DNA from: Acidobacteriota bacterium
GTDB taxonomy: Bacteria; Acidobacteriota; Vicinamibacteria; Vicinamibacterales; UBA2999
Assembly (NCBI GenBank): GCA_031429375.1
Contig: JANOZI010001083.1
Coordinates: forward strand, 1-39,329
Direction: 5' to 3'
DNA: 39,329 bases
In this document: one piece after another, positions 16,776 to 25,660 of the stretch
Layout of the letters: every line of letters begins with the position of its first letter
Position numbering within the stretch: the stretch's first letter is position 1
Translations under genes and position numbers: made by a program
The notes under the pieces: model-generated
Database searches by the model: none
The model's input: the letters and a program-made list of their open reading frames with translations, nothing else
Told to the model about the DNA's origin: nothing

Positions 16776-18494
16776 ATGACGCAGGTACTGCATCGGCGCG
16801 ACGTGCGGGCGGCAGCCGTCGTGGTGGCCGTCGTCGTGTTCGCCATGCTGGTGCTCATGCCACCGGCGCCCAGGATGACGCTGCCATGGCAGGGCAGCGA
16901 CCCGACCGCGCGTGGGGCGTATCACATTCATTCCGATCGCTCCGACGGCAGTGGCTCGATCGACGATATTGCCGCCGCTGCCGCGCGTGCCGGCCTGAAT
17001 TTCATCGTGGTGACCGATCACGGGGATGGCACCCGCGCTCCCGACGCACCGCAGTACCGACACGGTGTGCTGGTGATCGACGCGGTCGAACTCAACACCA
17101 CGAACGGGCACCTGGTGGCGTTGGGATTGCCGAGGGCCCCGTATCCGCTCGCAGGTACGGCTGCCGATGTGTTGGCAGACGTGCGGCGGCTGGGCGGCAT
17201 TGGGATCGCAGCGCATCCGGATTCGCCGCGGCCGTCATTGCGTTGGTCAGCCTGGGACGTTGAGGTCGACGGCCTGGAATGGATCAATGCCGATAGTGGA
17301 TGGCGAGACGAAGGCAATGGTCCGCTCGCGCGCGCGGTCTTGAGCTATTGGTTGCGGGCGCCGGGCGCCATCGCCACGCTGCTCGATCGACCCGTCGAGC
17401 TGCTGGCGCGGTGGGACGCTCTTGGCGTCACTCGTTCAGTGCGCGTCCTGGCCGCGGCGGATGCGCACGCCCGCCTGGGCCTTCGGCAAACGACAGACCC
17501 AGACGTTTCGAGCCTGCACCTGCCGGTGCCGCGATACGAGGCCGCGTTCCGGGCCTTCTCAAATCACGTGACCCTCGACCAGCCGCTCGGCGGCGACGGC
17601 GTGGCGGATGCGGCCGCGGTGCTGGGGGCTCTTGCGCGGGGACGATCATTCACCGTCATCGACGCGCTGGCAACGCCCGGAGGACTCGACTTCAGGGCAG
17701 AGGTCGCCGGCCGCACGGTGGCACGACTCGGGGACGCGGTTCCTCTTGATGGGGAGCTGACGTTGCGGGCGCGCATCAGCGGCCCACCGGGCACGACCCT
17801 GCGCCTGCTGAAGGATGGGACGCCGGTGCGCGAGACACAGCAGGCGGAGTTGTCGGTGCGCGCCGAGAACGGGGTCTACCGGGTCGAAGCGCACGCGGCC
17901 GGCGCACCGGGGGCACCGCCGGTCCCATGGCTCCTCTCCAATCCAATCTATGTCGGACTGCCGCGCGCCGTGGCCATGGTCGCCGAACCGCCCGCGTCGC
18001 CTGCCCGCATACCCGCTCGCACCGCGGATGTCTCGATCGAGAAGGGCGCGGGCGACGTGAGCGAGTTGGTCGAGTTGCAGCGTGACGACCCGCGCGAACG
18101 CCGCCTGGCTGGCGAGCCTCCCATCGGTTGGCGCTTCGCCCTCGCGCCGGGCATCGCGGCAGGTCAGTTCGCCGCAGTACAGGTCCCGACAGTTGGTGGA
18201 CTTGCCGCTTTCGAGCACCTACGATTCACGGTGACATCGGCGACACCGATCCGGGCATGGGTGCAACTGCGGGGGAGCCGCGAAACGGAACGGTGGGGAC
18301 GGACCTTCTACGCGGACGGCACTGCGCGCATCGTCGATCTGCCGCTTGATAGCTTCATTTCGATCGGTGAGACCTCAACCGCGGCTCCGCCTCTTGATCA
18401 CGTCAGGTCGCTCCTGTTTGTGGTCGACACGTTGAATAGCCGTCCCGGCGTAGCGGGAAGCATGACCATCGCGGAAGTGGCCTTCGTGCGTTAA
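16776..18494 (+). CDS. Membrane-anchored PHP-domain metallophosphoesterase with uncharacterised C-terminal beta-rich domains
   Basis: MTQV..., one TM helix, then YHIHSDRSDGSGSIDDIA...FIVVTDHGD (PHP motifs). The C-terminal roughly 150 aa resemble CIA30/CBM11-like modules, which is a weak call. The track ORF from 16431 overlaps xerD. Confidence 0.65.
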   Translation: MTQVLHRRDVRAAAVVVAVVVFAMLVLMPPAPRMTLPWQGSDPTARGAYHIHSDRSDGSGSIDDIAAAAARAGLNFIVVTDHGDGTRAPDAPQYRHGVLVIDAVELNTTNGHLVALGLPRAPYPLAGTAADVLADVRRLGGIGIAAHPDSPRPSLRWSAWDVEVDGLEWINADSGWRDEGNGPLARAVLSYWLRAPGAIATLLDRPVELLARWDALGVTRSVRVLAAADAHARLGLRQTTDPDVSSLHLPVPRYEAAFRAFSNHVTLDQPLGGDGVADAAAVLGALARGRSFTVIDALATPGGLDFRAEVAGRTVARLGDAVPLDGELTLRARISGPPGTTLRLLKDGTPVRETQQAELSVRAENGVYRVEAHAAGAPGAPPVPWLLSNPIYVGLPRAVAMVAEPPASPARIPARTADVSIEKGAGDVSELVELQRDDPRERRLAGEPPIGWRFALAPGIAAGQFAAVQVPTVGGLAAFEHLRFTVTSATPIRAWVQLRGSRETERWGRTFYADGTARIVDLPLDSFISIGETSTAAPPLDHVRSLLFVVDTLNSRPGVAGSMTIAEVAFVR

Positions 18495-18736
18495 TGTCTC
18501 ACGCCGTGTCGCACGCTTAGCTCCCAAATCATCAAGGCAATCCCGAGACCGAGTAAACCGCCGCCCAGGGCGAGCCACGCGATTGGCAAGGTCATGCTGC
18601 TCGTGCCGTAACCGCCGCGTTGCAGCGCCAACACCATTTGGACAAAGCCCGCCGGCAGGCTCACCATCGCGCCGATGAGACAGACGCCGGCCGTGACATA
18701 GCGAGTGGGCGAGGGTTGCTGTGTAACCTTGGTCAT
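18491..18736 (-). CDS. Small two-TM membrane protein, translationally coupled to the LptF/G gene
   Basis: 81 aa (MTKVTQQPSPTRYVTAGVCLIGAMVSL...LGLGIALMIWEL). Its ATG overlaps the LptFG stop (ATGA at 18733-18736). I recognise no family. Confidence 0.45.
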   Translation of the reverse strand: MTKVTQQPSPTRYVTAGVCLIGAMVSLPAGFVQMVLALQRGGYGTSSMTLPIAWLALGGGLLGLGIALMIWELSVRHGVRH

Positions 18737-21096
18737 GTGCGCACGGTGAGCAGGAGGAAAGCGGCGGCAGCGCCAAAAATAATGTTCGGCGCCCAGGCCG
18801 CCAGCATCGGGTCGAGCAAACCGCCAGCGCCAAACGCCGCAAACACGCTGATCATCACCCAGTAGACGAGCGCCAGTACGATGCCGATGCCAATGCCGTA
18901 CATTGCGCCGCGCTTGCCGGTGGAGACCGCGAACGGGATGGCGATCAAGGTCATCACCAGCGTGACAAACGGGAACGCCACCTTGCGATATAAGCCGACC
19001 TCGTGCTCGAGCACGTTGTATCCGCTGGCGCGCAGTTCGGCGACATAGCTGCGAAGCTGGCCGAAGTTCATCAGGTCCGGTTCGCGTGCTTCGGTGACGA
19101 AGTACTCGGCAGGCTCGAGTGGCACCAGGCGATCCGTGAACCGGGCAAAGTCCTTGACCTGGGTCTTGGGACCGAACTGCCGCGACCAGCCCTGTTCGAG
19201 CCGCCATTGCGACACCGCCCCGGTGGGGCCGGCGACCGGCGCATACGTCGCCTTGGCCGCGAACATCCGCGATCGAATCGTATGCTCCGCATCGTCGAAA
19301 TCAAACACCGACAGGCTGTTCAGCTCGCGACGACGCGGATCGTAAAACTGGTAATGGTAGACCTCGCCGTTGCGACCCACGATCCACTTGCGATTGAGCA
19401 CGCCGAAGGTTTGCGGCGAACCGGTGCGGATGATGTGCTTGAGCCGGTCGGCGTTGCGGTTGGCGGTGGCAAGTACCCGTTCTTCCATCGCGAAAAGGAT
19501 GGCGCTCGCGGCCGCCGCAAAGACGACCAGCGGCAGCGCGGTGCGATACAGGCTGATGCCGCACGCGCGCATCACGATCAACTCGCTGTTCTTGGTCAGC
19601 AGGCCAATCGTCACCAGGGCCGACAACAGCACCGCGAGCGCGAGAATGTAGGTCAGCCACTCAGGCGTGGACCAGAACAAGAACTGCGCCAGCATGCCGA
19701 ACGATGCCTGGCCCTTGAACCACTTGTCGGACAGATCGACGAAGGTCGAGATGTAGAACAGGCCGAGCATGCCGACCGTGGTCATGCTGAGAATGCGCAG
19801 GTACTGCTTGGCCAGGTAGACGTCGAGAAGGCGTGGTCCCGGCAGCGAGAACTGCGGCACCTTCAGTACGACGACGACCCCCCGACTGCGGGTCGACGTT
19901 GACGCCACTGGCGTCTCGGTCGACTCAAGGTTGGAGGACTGCGTGCGACGACTGAACCACGCTGGCAGAGAAATACGAATGGGTGAACCAGCCGACCGTG
20001 AACGCGAGGCCAGCAGCGCAATGCCGGTGCCGCCGAGCAGGAAGTTGGGCAACCACATCGCGAGCCACGCCGGCAGCCAGTGTCCTTTCGCCAGAGCCTC
20101 GCCGCCATACATCACGATGTAGTAAGTGAAGATCACTCCGATGCCGAGGACGAACGCGGCGAGCTTGCCATCCTTGCGGTTGGTGGCGCCGAGCGCGAGG
20201 CCGAGCAGGCCAAACACGAAGCATGCGACCGGGATGGAGAACTTCTTGTGAATCTCCATTACCTGGTTGTGGGGCGACAGGCCCTGCGCGCGCATTTCTT
20301 CGCCCTTGGCGTGCAACTCTTCGACCCGTAACTCGCGATCGCCACGGGGCGGACCGTGGCTCGGGAACACTGATTCCGGATCGAGGGTCATGATCGTGCT
20401 GTCGAACCGCAGTACTTCGTAGGCGCTGGGGTCGTCCAGCCGCGTGCTGTGCCGCGTCCCTTCTTCGAGCACCATCTGAATGGTTTTCGCGTTGCGGTCG
20501 ATCACCATGCGTCCGCGCCTGGCCAGGTAGATGACCGGCTGCGCCGGGTTGCGCGAATCAGCGGCCAGTACGTCGGTCCAGCCCGCGCCTCCAGCCGGCA
20601 CTTCGTTGACGTAGAGCACCATGCCGGGGAAGTCTTCGAAGAAGACCCGTGGCCGCACTTCGCCTTCCGCTCGATCCATTACGATCTTGGTGGAGATCTC
20701 GCGGAAAGTCTGGTTCGCGTTGGGCATGGCCTCGAGCATCACCCACGAGGCGACGCCCCAGCAGATCACGCCGAAGAACAGGATGGGTTGCAGCAACCGG
20801 TATGGGCTCACCCCGCACGCCATCAGGACTACCACTTCGCGGTCGGCCGACAGCCGGCCCATGGCGACCAGGATGCCGATCAGCAGCGCCATCGGGATGG
20901 TCAGGGCCACCACGGACGGGATCAGCGTGGCCATCAACTGTGCCAGCGTTCCCCACGGCACGCCTTTCGCGATCATCTGTTCGGCCAAACCGATGATGTT
21001 GGGGATAATCAGGATGAACGTGAACACCAGCAAGGCAATCAGGAACGGCGGGATGACTTCCCGAATGACGTACCGGTCGATGATGGGCATTCGCAT
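18733..21096 (-). CDS. Fused LptF-LptG (YjgP/YjgQ family) LPS export permease, single polypeptide
   Basis: 787 aa. The N-half (IIDRYVIREVIPPFLIALLVFTFILII...) and the C-half (LLDVYLAKQYLRILSMTTVGMLGLFYISTF...) each have the full LptF/G layout: TM1-3, a periplasmic beta-jellyroll and TM4-6. A Ser/Arg/Thr-rich linker joins them. Confidence 0.85.
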   Translation of the reverse strand: MRMPIIDRYVIREVIPPFLIALLVFTFILIIPNIIGLAEQMIAKGVPWGTLAQLMATLIPSVVALTIPMALLIGILVAMGRLSADREVVVLMACGVSPYRLLQPILFFGVICWGVASWVMLEAMPNANQTFREISTKIVMDRAEGEVRPRVFFEDFPGMVLYVNEVPAGGAGWTDVLAADSRNPAQPVIYLARRGRMVIDRNAKTIQMVLEEGTRHSTRLDDPSAYEVLRFDSTIMTLDPESVFPSHGPPRGDRELRVEELHAKGEEMRAQGLSPHNQVMEIHKKFSIPVACFVFGLLGLALGATNRKDGKLAAFVLGIGVIFTYYIVMYGGEALAKGHWLPAWLAMWLPNFLLGGTGIALLASRSRSAGSPIRISLPAWFSRRTQSSNLESTETPVASTSTRSRGVVVVLKVPQFSLPGPRLLDVYLAKQYLRILSMTTVGMLGLFYISTFVDLSDKWFKGQASFGMLAQFLFWSTPEWLTYILALAVLLSALVTIGLLTKNSELIVMRACGISLYRTALPLVVFAAAASAILFAMEERVLATANRNADRLKHIIRTGSPQTFGVLNRKWIVGRNGEVYHYQFYDPRRRELNSLSVFDFDDAEHTIRSRMFAAKATYAPVAGPTGAVSQWRLEQGWSRQFGPKTQVKDFARFTDRLVPLEPAEYFVTEAREPDLMNFGQLRSYVAELRASGYNVLEHEVGLYRKVAFPFVTLVMTLIAIPFAVSTGKRGAMYGIGIGIVLALVYWVMISVFAAFGAGGLLDPMLAAWAPNIIFGAAAAFLLLTVRT

Positions 21097-21123
21097 GGGG
21101 CTGGGCTGCCTCCATTATCGCCC

Positions 21124-23217
21124 ATGGTGAACCTGGCGCTGCTGTGGCACATGCACCAGCCCTATTACGAGGATCTCGCCACCGGCGAGCACATCCTCCC
21201 GTGGGTGCGGCTTCACGCCATCAAGGACTACTGGGGCATGGTGGCCCTGCTCGAGGAGTTTCCGCGGGTCCGGGTGACGTTCAACCTGGTGCCTTCGCTG
21301 GTGGTTCAGGTCGAGGCGTTTGCCGAGAATCGGGCACGGGACCGGCACCTGGAGCTTGGCCTTAAGCCGGCCGGGGATCTGACCCACGATGAGGCCCGCT
21401 GGCTGGTGGCCAACGGTTTTCACGCGCCCTACGGGCGCATGATCGGGCCCTATCCCAGGTACGCGCAACTCCACGCTGCGCGCATGACCCGGCAACCGTT
21501 TTCGGCCAGCGACCTTCGCGACCTGCAGGTGTGGCACAAGCTGGTGTGGATTGATCCCGACTGGCTCTCGCGTGACCAGCGGCTCCGTGATCTGATCGCC
21601 CGCGACCGCGGATTCACTGAAGCCGACAAGCTCACGCTCCGGGACATCGAACTCGAGCTGCTCAGGCTTGTCGTGCCGGCCTACCGCGGGGCCAGCGCGC
21701 GCGGTCAGGTTGAACTGTCGTGCTCACCGTTTTACCACCCCATTCTTCCGTTGCTGCATGACACGGACACCGCCGTGGGGAGCCAACCCCAGTCCGGGCG
21801 GCCGCGGACCCGATTTGCCCGTCCCGAAGATGCGCGGATTCAGGTCGAGCGGGCGCTGGACTTTCACGAGCGCACATTTGGCCAGCGGCCAACCGGCATG
21901 TGGCCATCAGAAGGGGCGGTCTCGAACGATGCGGTCGCCTTGCTGGCCGACGCCGGTGTCGCCTGGATTGCGACCGACGAGGACATCTTGTCGCAGTCGC
22001 TGGGCGTGCCGATGCCGCGCGATGGCTTCGGCCATGCCAATCGCCCTGACCTGTTGTACCGGCCGTATCGCCTCGGCGTCAACGGACCAGTCGCGCTGTT
22101 CCGCGACCATGCCTTGTCCGATCGCATTGGCTTCCACTATCAATCGTGGGACGCAGCGGCGGCGGCGGCGGATTTCGTGGCACGCATCCGCGAGGCCGGC
22201 CGGCGCTTTAACGAAGCCACCGGCGGGGAAGAGGCAACCGTCAGCGTGATTCTGGACGGCGAGAATGCCTGGGAGCACTACCCCGGCGGCGGCCGCCCCT
22301 TCCTGCGGGCCTTGTATGCGGCCCTCACTGAGGCCGGCGACATTCGCACGGTCACCATGGCCGAAGCCGCGGCCGTCGCGGCCACCCCGTTAACTTTTGT
22401 TCATGCCGGGTCGTGGATCAACGCCGACTTCTACATCTGGATTGGCCATCGTGACGATCATCGCGCCTGGTCGCAGTTGGCTGAAGCACGCGACGTCTTC
22501 GATCGGCGCGCACCGGTGGTCCCGGTAGCGGACCGCGATCGGGCGTTCGAGGAACTGCTGATCGCGGAGGGCAGCGACTGGTTCTGGTGGTACGGCGACG
22601 ACCACTCATCCGATCACGACCGTGACTTCGACGAGTTGTTCCGCGTGCACTTGCGGAACGCTTATGCGGCTCTCGGCGTGCCGGCTCCTGACGAGCTGCA
22701 TGCCTCCAACATTTCGACGGGCCCTGGGCCCGATCACCTGTTTCCGGCAGGCCGGGTGTCGCTTCGCCTCGACGGTCGGAACACCAGTTTTCTGGAGTGG
22801 GTTGGGGCGGCACGGCCCCCGCTGATTCGCCCGGCCGGCGCCATGCACGAGGTGGCTACTGCGTCGAGCATTTCGGAACTCCTGGTGGCGTTTGGCGCGG
22901 ACACCACCTTGTGCCTTCGGCTAGCCGGCTCTTCGATCCTCAACCTGCTCAAGTCCGGCGGCGCAGCGCTGGTCATCCTAACCTCCGCACCGACCATGCT
23001 GAGCTTGGCGGTCCCGGAGTCCGCGATATTTATTGATGAGTTGGTAGAGGTAGTCGTCCCGATCGCCAGCCTCGGCGGTGAGCCCGGCCAGGATCTGGAG
23101 TTCTGGATTCAGATTCGCGATCGTTCCGGCGCGGTTATCGAGAGCTTGCCGCAGACCGGTTCGTGGACGGTCGCAGTGCCTCGTTCCGATATCGATTCAT
23201 CGGACTGGCACCTCTAG
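21124..23217 (+). CDS. Glycoside hydrolase family 57 protein (alpha-amylase / alpha-glucan-active)
   Basis: LLWHMHQPYY...WVRLHAIKDYW..., GQVELSCSPFYHPILPLL, DGENAWE and EGSDWFWWYGDD are typical GH57 plus DUF1925/1926 segments. The track ORF from 20449 is an antisense extension into the Lpt gene. Confidence 0.85.
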   Translation: MVNLALLWHMHQPYYEDLATGEHILPWVRLHAIKDYWGMVALLEEFPRVRVTFNLVPSLVVQVEAFAENRARDRHLELGLKPAGDLTHDEARWLVANGFHAPYGRMIGPYPRYAQLHAARMTRQPFSASDLRDLQVWHKLVWIDPDWLSRDQRLRDLIARDRGFTEADKLTLRDIELELLRLVVPAYRGASARGQVELSCSPFYHPILPLLHDTDTAVGSQPQSGRPRTRFARPEDARIQVERALDFHERTFGQRPTGMWPSEGAVSNDAVALLADAGVAWIATDEDILSQSLGVPMPRDGFGHANRPDLLYRPYRLGVNGPVALFRDHALSDRIGFHYQSWDAAAAAADFVARIREAGRRFNEATGGEEATVSVILDGENAWEHYPGGGRPFLRALYAALTEAGDIRTVTMAEAAAVAATPLTFVHAGSWINADFYIWIGHRDDHRAWSQLAEARDVFDRRAPVVPVADRDRAFEELLIAEGSDWFWWYGDDHSSDHDRDFDELFRVHLRNAYAALGVPAPDELHASNISTGPGPDHLFPAGRVSLRLDGRNTSFLEWVGAARPPLIRPAGAMHEVATASSISELLVAFGADTTLCLRLAGSSILNLLKSGGAALVILTSAPTMLSLAVPESAIFIDELVEVVVPIASLGGEPGQDLEFWIQIRDRSGAVIESLPQTGSWTVAVPRSDIDSSDWHL

Positions 23218-23345
23218 GGCAGTTGCCCGGAGATCTATCCAGACACACCCACAAACCTTCCACAACCATGTTTTATTGATGTTTTACATTACGTCTGATA
23301 ATACATGTTATGTTAACTTAATGTCATGGGAACCTATTCCGCCCC
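23218..23345. other. AT-rich island between convergent GH57 and parB ends
   Basis: The core 23268-23330 is about 27 % GC by hand count in a roughly 65-70 % GC context. It has direct repeats ATGTTTTA (23269, 23279) and ATGTTA x2, preceded by three same-orientation CCACA/CCAGA-containing 9-mers. Confidence 0.7.
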
Positions 23346-24173
23346 CTACTTCGAGTGCTTCAATTCCAGCAGAATGTTTTCGAGCGCAGCAATCACTTCA
23401 TCCTTGCTCGCACTCTTCTTGTTAAAACTGAGCCGCATGTTAAAGGCCTTGCTGGGCGGACGGAACGCGAACACGAACGATTTTGGCCGACCGGGTTTCA
23501 CCTTCTGAGTGTCCTTGCGGAGCTGCTCACGGGTGGCGCCCTGGTTGGCAATCTTCTCGACCAAGGCCAGCATCTTCTGCGTGTCACCCTGGCGGACAAC
23601 CTGGAGCAACAACGACCGGCTGGTGATGCCAGCCAACCGGCACACCTTGCGGACCTCTGGCGGAATCCCGTTGATCGACAAGCCTTCGGTGATCGTCGTC
23701 CGCGACTTGCCGAGGCGCTTGGCCAGGTCCTCGTGCGTATATCCGCAACGCTGCGCCAGAGCTTGCATCGCTTCGGATTCTTCGAATGGCGTCAGGTCCT
23801 TGCGCTGGATGTTCTCGACCAGCGCCAGCTCCAGCATTTCGCGATCGTCGACGTCGCGAATGACCACCGGCAGCTCGGTAAGACCGGCCTGAACCGAGGC
23901 GTGATACCTTCGTTCGCCCGCAATGATCTGGTAGCGCGGTCCGCGTTGGCGAACTACGAGCGGCTCGATAATGCCCTTCTCGGTCACCGACGAAATCAGC
24001 TCCGCCAGGTCACCCATGGCCTGCCGGGGCTGGTCCGGGTTGGGGTCGATTTGGTCGATCGGCACCATGCGGCCGACCGGCGCTCCGGCCGAGGCCGCAA
24101 GCGTTTCAACGTAGTGCGCGTCGTGGCGCATCCGCAGGTTGTCTGGCAATCCGCGAGGCTTAGGCACGGTCAA
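23346..24173 (-). CDS. parB: Chromosome partitioning protein ParB/Spo0J
   Basis: IEPLVVRQ...YQIIAGERRYHAS (ParB box) and an HTH region (LAKRLGKSRTTITEGLSI). It overlaps the parA stop by 14 nt. Confidence 0.9.
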   Translation of the reverse strand: MTVPKPRGLPDNLRMRHDAHYVETLAASAGAPVGRMVPIDQIDPNPDQPRQAMGDLAELISSVTEKGIIEPLVVRQRGPRYQIIAGERRYHASVQAGLTELPVVIRDVDDREMLELALVENIQRKDLTPFEESEAMQALAQRCGYTHEDLAKRLGKSRTTITEGLSINGIPPEVRKVCRLAGITSRSLLLQVVRQGDTQKMLALVEKIANQGATREQLRKDTQKVKPGRPKSFVFAFRPPSKAFNMRLSFNKKSASKDEVIAALENILLELKHSK

Positions 24174-24915
24174 TCACCTCCTCACACAAACGGTAGTACT
24201 CGGTAGCGCCCGATGATTCAGGCGCGAACGTAAAAATCGATTCCCGGTACGCCGGGCTTTCCTCGAGCCGCACGCTCTTGCTGATGACGGTGCGGAAGAC
24301 CTTCTCGCCGAAGACTTTGCGAATCTGCTCCTGGATGTCTCGTGCCAGTGCGGTGCGCTTGTCGTGCATGGTGATTACGACGCCCAGAATCTGCAGTTCA
24401 GGGTTGGGCCGCTGGCGTACCTTCTCGATGGTCTCGAGCAGATCGTCCGTGCCCTCCAACGCGAAGTACGACGACTGGATGGGAATGAGCAAGTGCGTTG
24501 ATGCGACCAGGGCGTTGATGGTCAGCAGACCGAGGGCCGGCGGGCAGTCGATCACGACGTTGGTGAACTGTCCCTGCAACGCGGCGAGTTCGTCCTTGAG
24601 CCGGAACGGCGCATCCAGCTCGCCGACCAGGCGCGACTCTAGCTTGGCCAGCGTTATCCGCGCCGGCGCGATCGAGAGGTTCGGCAGTGTCGCCGGCACG
24701 ATGACGTCGCGGAGGTGCACCGTGTCATCGACGAAGACGTCATACATGCTTCGCGTGGCGGTGCGGATGTCAATAAACGACATGCTGCTATTGCCTTGCG
24801 GATCAAGGTCGATGAGCAGCGTCGGCTTACCACGCATGGCGAGGGCCGCCGCGAGGTTGATGGCGGTGGTGGTTTTTCCCACGCCGCCCTTCTGGTTGGC
24901 GATACTGAGAATCAT
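24160..24915 (-). CDS. parA: Chromosome partitioning ATPase ParA/Soj
   Basis: Deviant Walker A IANQKGGVGKTTTAINLA and DLDPQGN. The size is 251 aa. Confidence 0.92.
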   Translation of the reverse strand: MILSIANQKGGVGKTTTAINLAAALAMRGKPTLLIDLDPQGNSSMSFIDIRTATRSMYDVFVDDTVHLRDVIVPATLPNLSIAPARITLAKLESRLVGELDAPFRLKDELAALQGQFTNVVIDCPPALGLLTINALVASTHLLIPIQSSYFALEGTDDLLETIEKVRQRPNPELQILGVVITMHDKRTALARDIQEQIRKVFGEKVFRTVISKSVRLEESPAYRESIFTFAPESSGATEYYRLCEEVIDRA

Positions 24916-25041
24916 CGGGAAGGACTGTGCACGTTCTACGCATTCTAGAAGCGTGAACCGTGAGAGTCAAATTACGGGAATGTCGGCGCGGAAGGTTGCG
25001 AGAAATTGAGGTAGCTAACGTGTGAAGCCGCAGGCATTTAG

Positions 25042-25069
25042 GGGAATTGTCGGCACGCCGACAATTCCC
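25042..25069 (-). terminator. Perfect 12-bp hairpin downstream of the DUF151 gene
   Basis: gggaattgtcgg cacg ccgacaattccc, starting 10 nt after the stop at 25079. There is no clear U-tract, so it may be a terminator or a stabiliser. Confidence 0.5.
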
Positions 25070-25078
25070 TTGAGCGGT

Positions 25079-25561
25079 TTACATCTTGTACTTGCCCATG
25101 TCGTCGGGGTCGAGCTGCTCGAGCCATTGCTGCAGGCGATCGCTGTCCTGCTTTTCGTTCGACAGGTCTACGGTCTTGGCGTGATCAATCACCTTCTCGT
25201 CGACCAGGATCGGCGCGCGCGTGCGAAGCGCCAGCGCGATGGCATCGCTCGGCCGCGCATCGATCGCGACCGGCCCGTTCGGCGTGCGAAGGTGGATCAT
25301 CGCGTAGAAGGTATTCTCCTTGAGGTCGCACACCACGATCTTGTCGACCGTTGCCTGCAAGTCCTGGATAATGTTGCGCAGCAGGTCGTGCGTCATCGGC
25401 CGTGGTGTCTGGATGTTTTCGATCTGCAACGCGATTGCATTGGCCTCGAACACCCCCACCCAGATCGGTAACACTTTCTGCCCGTCCGAGTCGCGCAGAA
25501 TGATGATGGGCATGTTGGTGATGGGATCGACCATCAGGCCCTTGATGTTCATTTCGATCAT
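25079..25561 (-). CDS. Bifunctional nuclease family protein (DUF151/BFN)
   Basis: LPIWVGVFEANAIALQIENIQTPRPMTHDLL...TFYAMIHL matches the DUF151 core. ATG 25561 is preceded by GGAGG at a 9-nt spacing; the track start is 25594. Confidence 0.8.
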   Translation of the reverse strand: MIEMNIKGLMVDPITNMPIIILRDSDGQKVLPIWVGVFEANAIALQIENIQTPRPMTHDLLRNIIQDLQATVDKIVVCDLKENTFYAMIHLRTPNGPVAIDARPSDAIALALRTRAPILVDEKVIDHAKTVDLSNEKQDSDRLQQWLEQLDPDDMGKYKM

Positions 25562-25603
25562 TAACTTTTGCCTCCGCCTACGCTCGCGTGTCAATCAGGC
25601 GAG

Positions 25604-25639
25604 CTACGGCGAGACCTCGCCGTAGCGGCCTTCGGCCGC
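25604..25639 (-). terminator. Two adjacent GC-rich hairpins between miaB and the DUF151 gene
   Basis: ctacggcga-gacc-tcgccgtag (25604-25625) and gcggcc-ttc-ggccgc (25625-25639), downstream of the miaB stop at 25661. Confidence 0.4.
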
Positions 25640-25660
25640 GAAGGCGGGCCGCCTACCACC

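Noticed and set aside
20449-21123. 225-codon N-terminal extension of the GH57 ORF in the track
   Set aside because: The extension is antisense to the LptF/G gene and has no GH57 similarity, and the conserved GH57 N-terminus (MVNLALLWHMHQPYY) begins at ATG 21124. The same artefact was trimmed at 8073-8549, 15430-15825, 16431-16775, 34834-35070, 37276-37446 and 38166-38900.
23206-23226. Sigma-54 promoter-like TGGCAC ... TTGC
   Set aside because: The spacing between TGGCAC and TTGC is 11 nt instead of 5. It sits at the 3' end of the GH57 gene facing a convergent gene, so there is nothing for it to transcribe. Other TGGCAC hits (6001, 19121, 21148, 21531, 34139) are intragenic and lack the TTGC element.
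23279-23425. Small ORF starting in the AT-rich island (MFYITSDNTCYVNLMSWEP...)
   Set aside because: Most of it runs antisense through the parB 3' end. It has no RBS, no recognisable motif, and an odd Cys/Ser-rich composition. I treat it as a chance ORF.
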